Shown in pieces: positions 1 through 13,290 of a DNA stretch of 60,000 nucleotides (the stretch's first letter is position 1; each line of letters starts with the position of its first letter). Both the position numbers and the translations under genes were made by a program. This stretch comes from Lama glama. Its lineage: Eukaryota. The notes below the pieces were generated by a model that had not been told where the DNA came from, ran no database searches, and was given only the letters and a program-made list of their open reading frames with translations. The stretch is taken from contig CM052817.1 in the NCBI GenBank assembly GCA_028534125.1, positions 97,404,001-97,464,000 of the forward strand. Direction: 5' to 3'.

Positions 1-14
1 TGATGGAATCTTAC

Positions 15-119
15 CTACACATTTTACTTTGCTCACAGTGTGAAAGCCGTCTCATGACTTATCTAGGATTGGTTTATTCATGACAAAACCAGTTGTCAAA
101 ACTCTACTGGTTGTAAGAG
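15..119 (-). other. Candidate 105-nt non-coding or poison cassette exon
   Basis: Minus strand reads cctgacagttttccttctttattttaacctag|CTCTTAC...AATGTGTAG|gtaaga: branch-like CTGAC, long pyrimidine tract, AG and a GTAAGA donor. Stops in all three frames. Confidence 0.35.
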
Positions 120-1084
120 CTAGGTTAAAATAAAGAAGGAAAACTGTCAGGCTGGAACAGGGTAAGCCTACTGCTGAATGGCAGCCAACTCTGGGTCTTA
201 GCAAGAAGGAGCAATGGGAGATGATGGTAGATGAAGTGACCCAGAGATACATGTCCCATAGAAAGAAGGCAGCTGCTCTGGACAAGGCAGAATTCAAATC
301 TAGTAGTGCCAGACAGTCTGATCTCCATCATCCCTCATCCCCACCATGAAGAACCAAAAATAACTCAATTTTAAAGAGTTAGAGACTAATTTAATTTTTA
401 AAATGTAGAGGCAAAACAAAACACATTGTGGGGCCAAACCAGGCATGGGTGCATTTGTGACCTATGATGTAAGTGCTTCCAATCACCTGAAACGTTTTCA
501 GTAACATCCCTTTTGGAGTGTTTGAAACAGAAAAATACACATATTTTCTAAATTTAAAAATTGCATTATGGATATGTACCTATCCCTTTTAATATTTATG
601 CTTATTTTTTAAGGCTAGAAAAGGTACCTACAAACTAGGATAATAACTCAACAGAATCTTTAATCGAAATATCCTCAAACGTCTATTTGCTGCACAGTCA
701 AAAGCCAAACAGCTTCTTCTGAGCAGAAAACACTGTCATCACAATTTCACAGAGTAGATTTACATGGGAACCTCTGACGCCCGCTTCAAACTTTTCTTAC
801 TCTGGTTTTACACGTTTTATCATCAGCCTGGGACAAACCGGGTGACTGGAGACAGCCCTACTGACAACCACAGACTTGACGGTGAAGACATCAAGATGAC
901 AGGAAGTCTCAGACAGTGACAGTGACAGCAGTCAAATGTCAGAGCCCGAGATCTCTGGGGAAGGGTCAGGTTGCCCAGCGTGACCCACAAAGCTCAGAGT
1001 ACTGCAAGGTATTTTACCAAAGGGCCCTGGTGAGTTTTCTACACAGCACAACAGGTCAAACTAGTACTATAAATAACATAGAAG

Positions 1085-1126
1085 GCACATGCACACGCAT
1101 GCACGCGTACACACACACACACACAC
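1085..1126. repeat. Alternating purine-pyrimidine / (CA)n microsatellite
   Basis: gcacatgcacacgcatgcacgcgtacacacacacacacacac. Confidence 0.85.
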
Positions 1127-1245
1127 TGCTCTGAGTTCCTAGGACAAAGGTGCATGATGGTCAGCACTACATTCCAGAAAAAAACCTATTTCACATTTAT
1201 AAGTAATTATGTGCAAGGTTCTGGGCCATTATAAATACCTGATAA

Positions 1246-1590
1246 TCCCAAACTCCTAATTTATCCCTTCCCCACCCTTTCCCCCTTTGGTAACCATAAG
1301 CTTGTTTTCTATGTCTGTGAGTCTTTCTCTGTTTTGTAAATGAGTTCATTTAAATCATGGTTTTTAAGATTCCACATGTAAGTGTAATCTAAAATTAGGA
1401 GTTTGGCATTAGCAGATACAATAAAATAGATAAACAAGGTCCCACCGCATAGAACAGCGAACTATATTCAGTATCTTGTAATGACCTATAATGAAAAAGA
1501 AAATGAAAAAGAATATATATATAACTGAATCACTATGCTGTACACCAGAAACTAAGGCAACACTGTAAATCAGCTACACTTCAATTAAAA
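1246..1590 (+). mobile_element. 5'-inverted (twin-primed) L1 3' end
   Basis: Antisense L1 3'UTR 1246-~1385 joined to sense 3'UTR 1391-1590 ending tacttcaattaaaa. A 15-bp inverted overlap: ccaaactcctaattt (1248-1262) / aaattaggagtttgg (1392-1406). Confidence 0.75.
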
Positions 1591-2621
1591 ATTATATTTA
1601 AAAGCCAAAAAATTTACTTGAGAAGAATTATTTTAAGAGTTGATGTTTCATCATAGGTTAGACTACATCTCTGAAGGGCTTCAAAGCTCCAAAATCGGCC
1701 TGTGCTTTTTCCCTGAGGGGTTAAACACTCAGGCTTTCCAGAAAATCAGATTTGAACATATAATAGTTCCTAATGGTAGAAATAAGGGGCTGGGCTTTGT
1801 TTTAAATCAGAATTGTGTGACTACAGAAAACAAGTTACTTAAAAAACAAACAAACAAAAACCTCTCTGGTGTTTAAGGATTTTAGCTATTAATGAGTTGA
1901 TCACAAACAAGTTTGCTCCAATAAGCAGTCACTCCAGTCAGGCCTTCCCAGTAGGTATGATCAAAGCTTCCCTGTAGATGGACTAGATTTTACTGTCAAC
2001 TCTGCCACTGCAGACGGCTCATTCTGATGAAAGAAAGAGGAGGTGCCACCCTTCCCTCTCAGCTAACAGGGTCGAGGAAGTCAGCAGCAGCAATTAACCT
2101 TCAGCCCAGTGCGCCCAAGAGCTGCAGCAATCAGGCAGGCCTGGCTTCGTCTTGCTGAACTTCCAGTGAGTTAGCATTTAAGAACTGATGCTGCCCCTCT
2201 TGCTCTTACTGGGTTTTGGTTATTTCTTTCTCTAAGACGCACAATTTCCAAGCCTGGAGAAAAGAAGAGCTATTTGAAAATGCTGAGTACGTAAAACATT
2301 TGTAAGAGGCTTTTAAAATAAATTATTTCTAAGTCTTCACTACTCAATATCATATGGTATTCTGTTTCACTTAAAAATTTTGCACTTTTTATTTTTTTAT
2401 GCCACAGATTTAGATTTCAAATAAACTGAATAAGGTGAGGAAAGCCTGCGTGTGCTGTATCACTAAGAATAACTCCAAATTTGGCTCTTAGAAGCATAAG
2501 AAGCAAAGGTTACAGTGAATACCAAACAAAGCTCTTCCCAAAGAGTCAAGCTTTGTGACACATGCAAGGAGCCATCAAGAGCAATAAAGAAGCCTGCAGT
2601 GCAAGTTAGGAAAGAGGGGAA

Positions 2622-3081
2622 TTTTCTTTTTTTTTTAGTTGAAGTATAGTTGATGTGCAATACTGTATTAGTTTCAGGTGATGGCAAAGTGATTCTGTTT
2701 TTTATAGACATACACATATGTATATACATTTCAGATTCTTTTCCATTATAGGTTATTATAAAATATTGAATATTGTTCCCTGTTCTGTACAGCAAATCCT
2801 TATCACTTATCTATTTTATGTCTAGTAGTTTGCCAATCCCATACTCCTAACTTATCCCTCCCCCTCCCTTTTCCCTTTGGTAACAATAAGTTTGTCTTCT
2901 GTGTCTGTAAGTCTGTTCCTGTTTTATACATAGATTCATTTGTCTTATTTGTTAGATTCCACTTATAAGTGATATCATCTATTTGTCTTTGTCTGACTTA
3001 CTTCACTTAGTATGATAATCTCTAGGTCCATCCATGTTGCTGCAAATGGCATTATTTCATTTTTTCATGGCTGAGTAGTAT

Positions 3082-3126
<45 letters not shown>

Positions 3127-3399
3127 CACACCACATCTTCTTTATCCAGTCATCTATCAATGGACATTCAGGTTGCTTCCATGTCTTGGCTATTGTAAAT
3201 AGTGCTGCTATGAACACTGGGGTGCATGTATCATTTCAAATTCGAGTTTTCATTTTTCCCTTTTCTGGATATACGCACAGAAGTGGGACTGCTGGGTCAT
3301 CTGATAACTCTTTTAGTTTTTTAAGGAACTCCCCCATACTGTTTGCCATAGTGGCTACACCAAATTTTATTCCCACCAACAGTATAGGAGGGCTCCCTT
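2622..3399 (-). mobile_element. L1 3' end (cetartiodactyl type) with internal (TG)n
   Basis: Poly-T then gttgaagtatagttg...; typical 3'UTR/ORF2-end motifs (ccatccatgttgctgcaaatggc, cccaccaacagt); (TG)n at 3084-3119. Confidence 0.9.
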
Positions 3400-4722
3400 G
3401 TCAAAAAGTTTCAATGAAACAGAGAAAACACAGCTGAGAAAGTGGGTAGAGGGAAAGGCTCATAAGGAAATATTGTATCATTTCTTTAACATCATGGCTA
3501 CGTAAGAGCACCAACCAGTGAGAGACTGAACAATTAAAAGCATATTAGAAAATTCTCCACTAGGTGCTCCATACGTGTACTATGATAGGTATCACGCAGC
3601 ACAAAGTAAAACAACTCCAAAAATACACCTGTGTTTCATACTTGACAAGGCGCTGGTTGTTGATCTATAATAAGCCCCTTATGAGCTAAGCTATGCTTTC
3701 ACTATAATCCTTCCCCACATATCTGAACCTGCTGTGGGATTTTTTTAAACTGCGCTTAGCAGTGACTAAAACTTCTAATCCCCCGCTATATACCTTTATT
3801 ATTAACACATACAATTATCATGCTGTAGCATTAAAGAACTGCGAAAAACCTCATCTTATCTAAATCTCACCATTTAACAGCAAATAACAGTAAGATTTCC
3901 ACAAACTGTTTCGGTCATTTTGTTATTTTTACTGTAAATTACTTCTGCTATAAGGTTAACTGACATCTTTTAAAGGCTCTGAGAAACTTCAAAGTGCTTG
4001 GAATGAATCCATTACTAATGCAACTGCTTCAGGTACAAAGTAATCTTTCTTTAGTTTACTAAAGACAAGGGCAGATTTTTAGCTCATTCCTGGAATGAAA
4101 AATAGAGCCCATTTTGGAGATTAATATGGTAGTCCGATACTGAACGGAGTTCCTCTGACTCCATGGTAATTATTAAATCAAATATCATGGCTCGTTCCCT
4201 AATCAAACTTAGGAACGAATACTAAGCAGCCCGAAGTCTGGAAATCGTAAAGCAGACATCCATCCACCACGACGAAACCTGCAGGACCTGAGGCCAAACT
4301 AATGGCACTCTGCTCTTTTCTGTCATGCTAAGTGCTTATCCCCACACCTTTCTTCCACTCCCTCAGTCCTTATCATTTTATCTCCAGGTCAATTCTTTCA
4401 CCCCCATCAGTTTCTGTGTCACTGAATGAGAACTGCTAAGTAACAAAGGAGTTTAAACCCTTTACCTTGGACCAAACTCATGCTCAGTGCATCTCTCTGA
4501 TTCAAGTGCCAAGGCGGTAGGAGGGCATCCAGGGGACGGAGGAGGGAGTCCTGGCTGCCTTCTCCCCACCGATCCCTATCCTGTCAGGCAATGCTTTTTG
4601 GTCACCAGGACTTTACCAGATTCGTTCTTTCTAATTCTCAAAGTTTGGGGTGGAGTTGGACTGTATGAAACCCAGACTGCTCACTATGCTTGGAGACGAT
4701 GTCAACCCAAGCATTTAGAAAC

Positions 4723-5196
4723 GGTGACCGAGCAGGACCCTGTGGAGATTTCCAGGGACAGACCCCTCCCCCACACCCTCTGCTGCAGCTCCTCTCTGAA
4801 GCACCCAGATAATAGTATCTCATGTATATTTCCTGAGTTTTTTTAAGACGCTAAAACCATCACCAAAAGGAAGAAATTAACTATTTGGTGATCAAGAGCA
4901 CGTGGCCCCCAGACCTTCTGGCGCCCAGGGGTTGACAGTGTTGACCAACCTGTTGCCTCCACATCAACCAATCAGAGGATTGTGCACGAGCTGATCACGT
5001 ACCTGCGACCTGCCTCCCTCACCTGGCCTTTAAATAAGCTTTGCTGAAACCCTTCTGGGAGTTCGGGGTTTTCTTGGGCATGGGCCACCCCATCCTTCTT
5101 GCTCAGCCTTGCAATTAAACTTTCTCTGCTCAAACTCTGATGTTTCAGTTTGTTTGGCCTCAGTGTGGCGGGCATGTGAACTTGCCTCCAGTAACA
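4723..5196 (+). mobile_element. Solo LTR, ERV1-like (~474 bp)
   Basis: Degenerate TGTTACC-like start (ggtgaccgagcagg) and ...ccagtaaca end. CCAAT box near 4968, TATA-like tttaaataag near 5029, ATTAAA near 5114. Imperfect 4-bp flanks aaac/aagc. Confidence 0.75.
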
Positions 5197-5959
5197 AAGC
5201 TAGGACTAAAACTTCCTATAAGTGAGAAAACTCCCCCAAAGTAGCACTTTAAAGACATCTATGAGAAAAGTTAAAGTCAGATTAGAGAGCGAAAGTCACT
5301 GAGGGATATAAACCCATGCACACACAAACACATACTCCAAAAAAAAAAAAAAAACCCAGTAAAAACAAAAGCAAATGTAACAATTAAGTGCTAGTCTTCT
5401 CCTTCTGAGCTCAGGACATTTTGAAGTTTTTGAATTTGTGGGTTAAATTGCGATTTCTCCATAAAAAGCCAGGCTGCAGAGTGGCATCTGGTTCAGCTAT
5501 AAAAATTCCAAGGCTGGTGGCATTCTTGTTTGCTGAGCCTCAGGAATGATAAGCAGGACTAAAGTTGTTGACAATTCCTGATATAGCTTTAAATTGGTTG
5601 GTGAATGCCAACTAAGGCATAAGCTTTATCTTGGGAAAGGACAATAGACTCACATTTTATTTAAAACTTCACAAAGAATAGTTCCAAAGCCTTTATTCTT
5701 TTTCCTAGGATTGACTTTACTCCAACCAGGAAAAGAAACTTCCATCCAACTTCTCTCTTAAAGTAACAGAAATGGCTACGTGCAGGTTGAGATCTTCAGA
5801 AAAATTAATAACTAGAGTTTTCAAACTTGCTGAAAATACTCAAACACGTTCCTTAAATTAAGTTCAGTTAAAATATCACAATTACGTACAATATACTGCA
5901 ACTTTGGTATTATAAGCCACGGCAAAGCTGATAACTCAAGCAATCTAAACAACACAGAG

Positions 5960-6170
5960 ACAGTATGGCTGGAGAAAGCATGGGCGTTAAAGCCAGACAC
6001 CAGGATTGGCGGTCAGACTCCAATGGGAGCTACGAAGACCTGGCAAGTTACTCTACCCTTGTAATTTATAAAATGGAGACATCTCTCTGTCCTCAATGTG
6101 GTAACGTACCGACAGCCCCTACTGCGGCGCTCGGCACTTCGTTGGCGCCTGACATACGTCAGGTGCTCTT
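5960..6170 (+). mobile_element. MIR SINE relic
   Basis: Degenerate MIR core (gacctggcaagttactc...tataaaatggag). Confidence 0.55.
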
Positions 6171-7394
6171 AGCAGAGAGTCCGCACCTGCAACACCTTTG
6201 AAGCCCAGATTTTTTCTCTGCTCCTCAGTGACCAGTGTGAGGTCCACACATGGCTACTCTTGCTCAACATGGTTAACGTTATTAAGAGGTTTAGAAATTC
6301 TAAACCTAGATGATGCAATCTGAATTCTCTTGAGGACGAACTGGGATAATGCACATGATCAAGATTTGCTTCTCTGCTGGATTTGCATCTGACTCAAAGA
6401 GTGGAAAGAAGAACGGTTAACCCACTAAGCTATCTGTTCTTTAACATTATTCCAAGGCCATATAGGATTAGCAATTCTGCTAGTTAACTTTCCACTGATT
6501 AGCCAAGGATTAAAGCCAAACAAAATCAAGTTGGTTTTCAGATGCACAAAATTAAAGACTGAGAAACCTGGTGTTTTCAAAGCATGTACCCATGAGGGAT
6601 TTCCTTTTGATTTTAATTGTTCTTTCCAAAACTTTTAAACATTCAGTGAAATAATCTCAATTTGCTTTGTTCTTTGCTTTCAAATACTGTAAGTGGCCGG
6701 ATTCCAGATAGAGTAGTTATCCTCAAATGCCTTCCAATGAGGCCTGCCAGATTCTGTGGTTCAGAAGTAATTTAAAAGCAGAAATGTGTAACAAATGAGA
6801 CCTAATGGAAAACACTGGATGCTTTTTAGTTAGAAAGATCACTTTTTTCCCCTCCTGTGAAAAAAATACATACACACACATATGAACACATACACACAGA
6901 CATGTCAACAAGACAGAAAATAAACTGACATTTCATTTCTCTTCATTGCAAGCACTTGAAAGAGTAATATATATGTGTATTTCATATATATATATATAAT
7001 ATATAGAGAGAGTTCTGTTTTTCAATGTAAAATACAATTCACAATTCATAATTCAAATATTAACCAAACTCAACAGCAACACTTAAGTCAAAACAGAATA
7101 TTTAGGATAATATAAATTTTATTCTTTGGAGGGTGGGGTATAATGCTTTAAAGTTTACAAACCACTTTCCTTCCTAAGACAAATTCCTCCTCGACATAAC
7201 GAAACAGCTTTTTAACGATGACTTGTTCAAAGGAAGAAATGCCCATGTAGTTAGGAGGTTTCCATCACTCGTATTCAAGCAGAGACTGAGATGTTCCAAT
7301 GGTAAATCCCATACGGGGTGAAGGTTAATTAAATCTGGACACCAGTGCTCTGCTTCTTGGATTTGTTCACTCATTCATCCACCCTTTCAAATAT

Positions 7395-7722
7395 TTTCAT
7401 TTTTGAATTTACTGAAGTACAGTTGACTTACAATATGATACTAGTGTCAGGTATACAACACAGTGACATGGTATTTTATAAGTGGCACAAAGTTATTGTA
7501 AAATATACAGACACAAAGTTATTACAGAAGATTGACTCTATTCCCTGTGCTGTACATTACATTCCTGTGACTTAATTTATTTTGTAACTAGTACTTTCTA
7601 TCTCTTAATTCCCTTCACCTATGTCATCCCATCTCCCACACCTCTCTCTCCTCCAGTAACCACTAGTTTGTCCTCTGTATCTGTGAGTCTGTTTCTGTTT
7701 TGTTATATTTGTTCATTTGTTT
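7395..7722 (-). mobile_element. L1 3' end fragment
   Basis: actgaagtacagttgacttacaat...ttccctgtgctgtaca...gtaaccactagtttgtcctctgtatctgtgagtctg. Confidence 0.85.
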
Positions 7723-8535
7723 CATGAAGTGCTCACTGAATGCCAGGTATCTTACTACACGCTACACATACAGCAGAGCAACGGCAGACCTAGTCCCTAG
7801 ACCTTTCCTGGAGCTTAGAGTCCAGTCGGGAAGATGAAACACAAGAATTTATAAACAACCTAAGAGCCATGGGGATGTTAATGAGAGACTGAGGCCTGGG
7901 GCAGGGAAAGACTTCTCCACCGAAGCCATCTGAAGGAGAAATTAAAGTTAATTGCATAAGAGGATCAGGATGGCTGAGGTGGAGGCAGAGGGGCATGAAG
8001 CCTGGAAAGGAAGGCAGGAAGTGACCTTGATGGACACAATAAAAATGCTTGGATTTGATTCCAAGGGCAAGGGAAACTACTGAAAGATCTGAAACTGTGG
8101 AGGGACCATTGGAATCATGTGGGAACTGTGGGAAACACTGTGTCATGGCCAGAGGGGCAGCAGGAGGACCAGAAAGAAGGCTATTACTCAAGCCCAGATA
8201 GGAAATGATGGTTATGTGGTCCAAGCCACCGGCAATGGTGATGAAGAGCAAATAGACTCAAAGACGTTTGGTTGTCACATATGGCAGGATCAGACGGGTG
8301 GCTGAAGGAGAGAGCAGTGTCGAAGAAGATGCATGAGATTCTGAGGTGGGTAACTTGGTAGATGAAGGTGTCTTCATGGATGTGAACATGGGAGGCAGAG
8401 CAGTGGTGGGGGAAGGAAGGGCAGATGGCAGGCTGAGTCCAATGTGTTTCCTAAGCAACTGGTTAATGGGTTTAGAGCCCAGTGAAAGCTGTGGGCTAAA
8501 GATGAAGATTTGGCATTTGTGAGCACACAGACCTG

Positions 8536-8962
8536 CAGGGTCCAGCATGGTGGCCACTACCCACAGGTGTCTAAGGAGCCCCTGGGAGACAGAGAGGCCG
8601 AACTGAGATGTGGGCTATTTAAAATCCCCGCTAGATTTCCAAGAAATCTATATGAAAAAGGAATGCAGGGTATCCTTAATAATTATTATGTGGCTAATAC
8701 GTTGACATACTTTTTTTAATTTTATTTTTGATTGAAGTGTAGCTGATTCACAATGCTCACTTCAGGTGTACAGCAAAGCAATTCAGTTATATATACAAAC
8801 ATACATACATATATCTGAATTTCTGATTGATCAGTTTAAAGAAAACATATAATTAACCTGGATTTTTTTCTGTTTCTTTTCACTTCGGTAACGTGACTAC
8901 TAGCAAATGCAAAGTTACATGTGAGGTTCCCGTTGTGATTTACATTTCCATGGGCAGCACTG
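8536..8962. mobile_element. hAT-Charlie non-autonomous DNA transposon (MER33/MER3-like), split by a short L1 tail
   Basis: atggtggccactacccacaggtg...aactgagatgtg... and gtgactactagcaaatgcaaagttacatgtg...ggcagcactg, resembling the recalled MER33 consensus. Confidence 0.6.
8711..8815 (-). mobile_element. Very short L1 3' tail
   Basis: Poly-T then attgaagtgtagctgattcacaat...caggtgtacagcaaag. Confidence 0.8.
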
Positions 8963-11469
8963 ATACAGACAATAAGTAACAAGTCTGAGAAAGTAAAGAA
9001 GGGCATGAGTGAGAGTTCAGTCTCTGATGAAGCTGCAGGTCTCAACACACGTGGGATGGGTGTGATGAGGAGGATTCAGCTAGGAAAGCTGGCTAACGTG
9101 GTGTCCCAGGAGACAAGAAATGCACAGGTGGTGAGTGGATGACAGGGTCAGAATCTGCCAGGCAGTCAAGTAAGAAAACGGACTGAAAAGCACACTTAAG
9201 CTAGAAGAATAGAAGGTTTCTAAAATGGCCGCTTATCAATTAATCACTGTAACTATTTTCCCCGCATCTTATGTTGACTTGACTACTAATTTCCAGATTC
9301 TTCCTACATCACCTTCCAATTGGCATATTATTTTAGACTTTAAAGTTTTTCACCTTTTATGAATCCATGCTTCTCATCCCATTCCCTAAATGCCTACTTA
9401 ATACTCTTTGGAATTCCAAATAGATATCACGACTGAAAACAAATTTAAAAATAGAAAAAAACATCTCCACTGCTTCCAAGCTACACCTCCTCTCACCCCT
9501 TCATCCCGACACAGCCTCTCCTGGGTCGAGCCTGCTCACCACTCTAAAACCGCTGACTCAGATCATCCATAAAATTCTTTCAGTTCTAAAATGATACACA
9601 TCTATTCTTAATTTCCCCGTGATTCTTCATTCCCTTCTGAATAAAACCACTGTTTTTCCAAGATACGCTGGCCTCACTAAATGCACCCATTGTGAGTAAA
9701 ATCAACATTTGCACCTTTTTTCTCTATTAACTTTCCCAAAATATTTATTCCACAGTTGTTTCTTGAGCGCCTACTGTGTGCTCCAGTGGGGACACAGCAG
9801 TGAACAAAATGAAGTCCCTGCCTTTAACCGAGCTTATGATCTAAAGTGTAACAGGATTGTACCTAAATCAAGGACTGGTATCTTCAGCACCTAGAGAGAG
9901 ATACCTGGAACATAATGAAAATATTAGTTAAGTGAACAAAAGTAAACTTCCCAGATTCAGGAAATTTATTCCCATGTAAGCCCAAACTTTAATTTTTCCC
10001 ATTCAAAGGAAACGCTGATCCTTCTTGTACAGGGCAGAGTAGATGTCACTGTACTCTTCTGGGCTCACAAATATGGACTCAATTTCTGCACAGGGATGCC
10101 ACTGGGGAGCTAATGAGGTCTGTAGGGTCGTTTGCCTGGATAACAGATTGCTCCTTAATTGCTGTGCTAAGTGCCTACATGGGTTTTAATGTCTTGTTCT
10201 ACCACTTTCAACACGTTTGTTCTCATCCTCTAATTTGCTGCTTCCGATATATGACAATCCAAGAAACCTGATAGGTGTTTGTCGATCTTATCAAAAGGGC
10301 ATGGATTTTAGTGCAGAGATTTTGGTGTATCTATTTTAACTACTAGAATGACTTTTTTCCCTTCTTCCTGACTTTTCAACCCTCATCACGCCTTAAGATC
10401 AACTTGTTTCCTGATTTTTGCTGCATTCAAAGCAAGAGTACCAAATGCCAGGAAAACATCCAGAAAGAAAACAGAATAGCTGAATGTGTACTGAGTTAAT
10501 TTATCCATTTAATTACATCAAAGTGGCAATAATTTTGAAAAGCCTGAAGGGGATGCTCCCTTACTAACCTGGAACCTGACTTGGATAAAACAATAAATTC
10601 AGGATGTGTCACCTTTCAGTGTAGAAAATTCCATTACATACTATACAAAGTAAGCCCTCATATTTCCAGTATTAAAAAAAAAAAAGTGGTCTTTCTCACA
10701 AGGGTCTTCCCTTTCTACTGATTACTTTGGCTGTCTCTACAGTTTTTTCACTATGTCTCTCTTGTACTATAACTTGAGTCTGAGATACAACAACTGTCCA
10801 AGGAGAGCTCATGGTTTTTTGCCAGTTGGAACGGTTGTCAAGGTCAGCTAGAGAACAAGTTGAAAAGAACAGAAATTAAACTCAGAGAAGGAAGCATGTC
10901 ACAAATGTTTATCGTCTTCTTTAGGGTTGTCCCATAAGAGTCCCGACAAAAAGAGGGATCACCACTGCTTCCTGGTCTGAAGGCTGAGCAAACCTTTATA
11001 ATGAGAATTAGCTCCCTTGGATGAAGGCTCCATTGGATGCCTGGATAAACAGTTCATAATGACCACTTTTCTTTAGTGTTTACAACACTTTTGATTTTTT
11101 GTCGTCGATGTTAAATGTACAACATGCAATATCCTAGTTAATTTCATGACTTCCATTTCCCATTAGACAATTTTTCATTATTTGCTAAATTTCTTTGAGT
11201 CCCCAGAAAAGTGTAAAAGAAAGGCTTGTGGTGTGTATTGTTGGTATCAAATAACACTGCAGCATACTGCTCCCAAGGCAACGTTATGAGGCTGAGGGAA
11301 AACATTTGGAGGAAGAAGAAAGGATATATAAACATAAAATTGAGGAAATATGCAAACAAGGGCCCTATTATACAAGTGGCAAAACAAACCAACCGGCCCC
11401 AAATTACAATATAGTTTTCTTTCCTGAGAGACAAGTACCTTATTATAAATAAAACCGAGAAACATTTAC

Positions 11470-11680
11470 TTCTTGCTTAGGATGTGAGCTACTATTGTGC
11501 CAGACGGTCCAGGTTCACTGTCTCCTTGATCCTCACTAACTCCATACACCAGGCAATTGGGCACTGTGCCCATTTTATAGAGAAGAACACTGAGGCTGGG
11601 AAAGATTCAACTGCCCAAGAAATACAACTGCAAACTACAGAAGGCCTGTTTGACTCCAAAGCTGGTGCCTTCATATTGTG
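11470..11680 (-). mobile_element. MIR SINE relic
   Basis: cccattttatagagaagaacactgaggct...tgcccaag...tgactccaaagc, MIR core. Confidence 0.7.
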
Positions 11681-11959
11681 ATCCTTCTAAAATCACCTGT
11701 GCCCTCAACTTCCACTGCTGCATGTGGGAATTTCCAAGAAATTTCAGGTGGTAGGATTGAAACCCTGTCTGCATATTCATAACACATAAAACTTTTAATT
11801 GCTATATATTCGGACAGAAAAGACCAATTATACACCCTTTGCTTAACTATTCAAATGACTATTACTAATACATTAATGGAAAAAGCTCAAACATTTAGAA
11901 GTCTCTCTAAAAAATTGATTTTTACATTTTTTAAACTCAGTTTCCAAATTACACTCTCG

Positions 11960-12250
11960 TTTAGGCCATGCTATTTTCTCAGACTACTGGGCTAGTCTCC
12001 TGATTCCTTCAATTTTTTTTTTTTAACATAGCCACCATACTAAAAAAAAAAAAAATCTAAAACACAAGTTCAAAACTGCCTCCGCTCTGCTTAAAAGCCT
12101 TCAATGGTCCCCACCATCTACAGAGCACACTCCAATCTCCTTGGCAGGGGACATGGGGCTCTCAGTGGCTGGCACCGGTCTTAAGATGACTGTGAGCTCA
12201 AGGGCAAGAAAAAAGCTTTATTAGTCCAATAAATGTTTACTGACATGAAT
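11960..12250 (+). mobile_element. L2 3' fragment
   Basis: ctctgcttaaaagccttcaatggtcccc...; ends caataaatgtttactga. Confidence 0.5.
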
Positions 12251-12937
12251 TAAATTAACAGCCTTAAATATGGCACAAAATAGTCTCCTATCCTTTTATT
12301 GTTCTTTTTCTTGTCTTATTCCTTTTTCCCATCCTGAGATTAAAAAAACCATATTATCTCCATCTCTGAATGCCAAAGTAGCTGGCGGGCTACAGTAGGT
12401 GCTTGATTAAAAAAAATAAAATAGATTATAAACATAGAACCCTTACCAGGTTCGTTTTTTTATTTTATTTTTTTCCATTAACATTTAAAAAGTGCTGCAT
12501 AGGAAATCCAAGCCTTCTGTTTTAACAGCAATTTCACGTTTGAGGCCAACTTGTCTTTTCTAATATGTAACCTCTGCCAGTTTCTTCTCATTGGTCAGGA
12601 CCATCTACCACCTCCCTGTCCGTGGACGCCCTGCCCTCCCCTCTCTCTGCAGCAGCACCGGGACAAGAGCCCCGCACAGCCCACTTCTTAGTGACCTGCC
12701 CGCAAAGCTTTCAGCCACCTGAGGGCATCCCAGAGCAGCTGACAGGTGATCAGCAGATGCTTGTTGAGTAAATGAGTGAACAAAAGCAAATAAACTGACT
12801 CATTGTGATCAACTCTGAGTCCAGATTCCCTCCGTTATAAAAGGGTGATAAAGTCCTAATCTAAAAGGCGACATTAGATATTGTTGGTGATATTACTTAC
12901 TGCCCCACAGAGGGGCATTCTCAAAATTCAGCCGCTG

Positions 12938-13290
12938 CTTTTGTTTTTAAATTGAGATATAACAGACATAACTTTGGATTCGTTTGTGTGTAACACAATC
13001 ATTTGATATATGTAAATGTTGCAAAACTGTCAGAATTAAGTTTAGTTATATCCATCTCCACATGCAGTTACAAGAATTATTTTTTCTTGTATTGAGAACC
13101 TTTAAAATCTACTCTCTTAGCAGCTTTCAAATATGTATTTAGTATTGTGAACTATAGTCACCATGCTGTATATTACATCCCCAGGACTGATAATTGAATG
13201 TTGGCACCTTTCGACCACCTTTACCTATTTCAGCCACCCTCCCACCTCTGATCACAAACAATATGTTCTCTGTATCAGTCTCCATTCTGA
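12938..13290 (-). mobile_element. Older L1M 3' end
   Basis: aattgagatataacagacata...aaaatctactctcttagca...actatagtcaccatgctgta. Confidence 0.8.

Larger units (their letters stand above)
7360..9220 (-). mobile_element. Fragmented L2 LINE interrupted by L1 and a hAT element
   Basis: ttcactcattcatcc L2 3' terminus, then purine-rich L2-like segments (ggagcttagagtccag, ggatttgattccaag, gatgcatgagattctgagg). Confidence 0.55.

Noticed and set aside
3084..3437. 117-aa ORF beginning MCVCVC
   Set aside because: Microsatellite plus antisense L1 sequence; not a gene.
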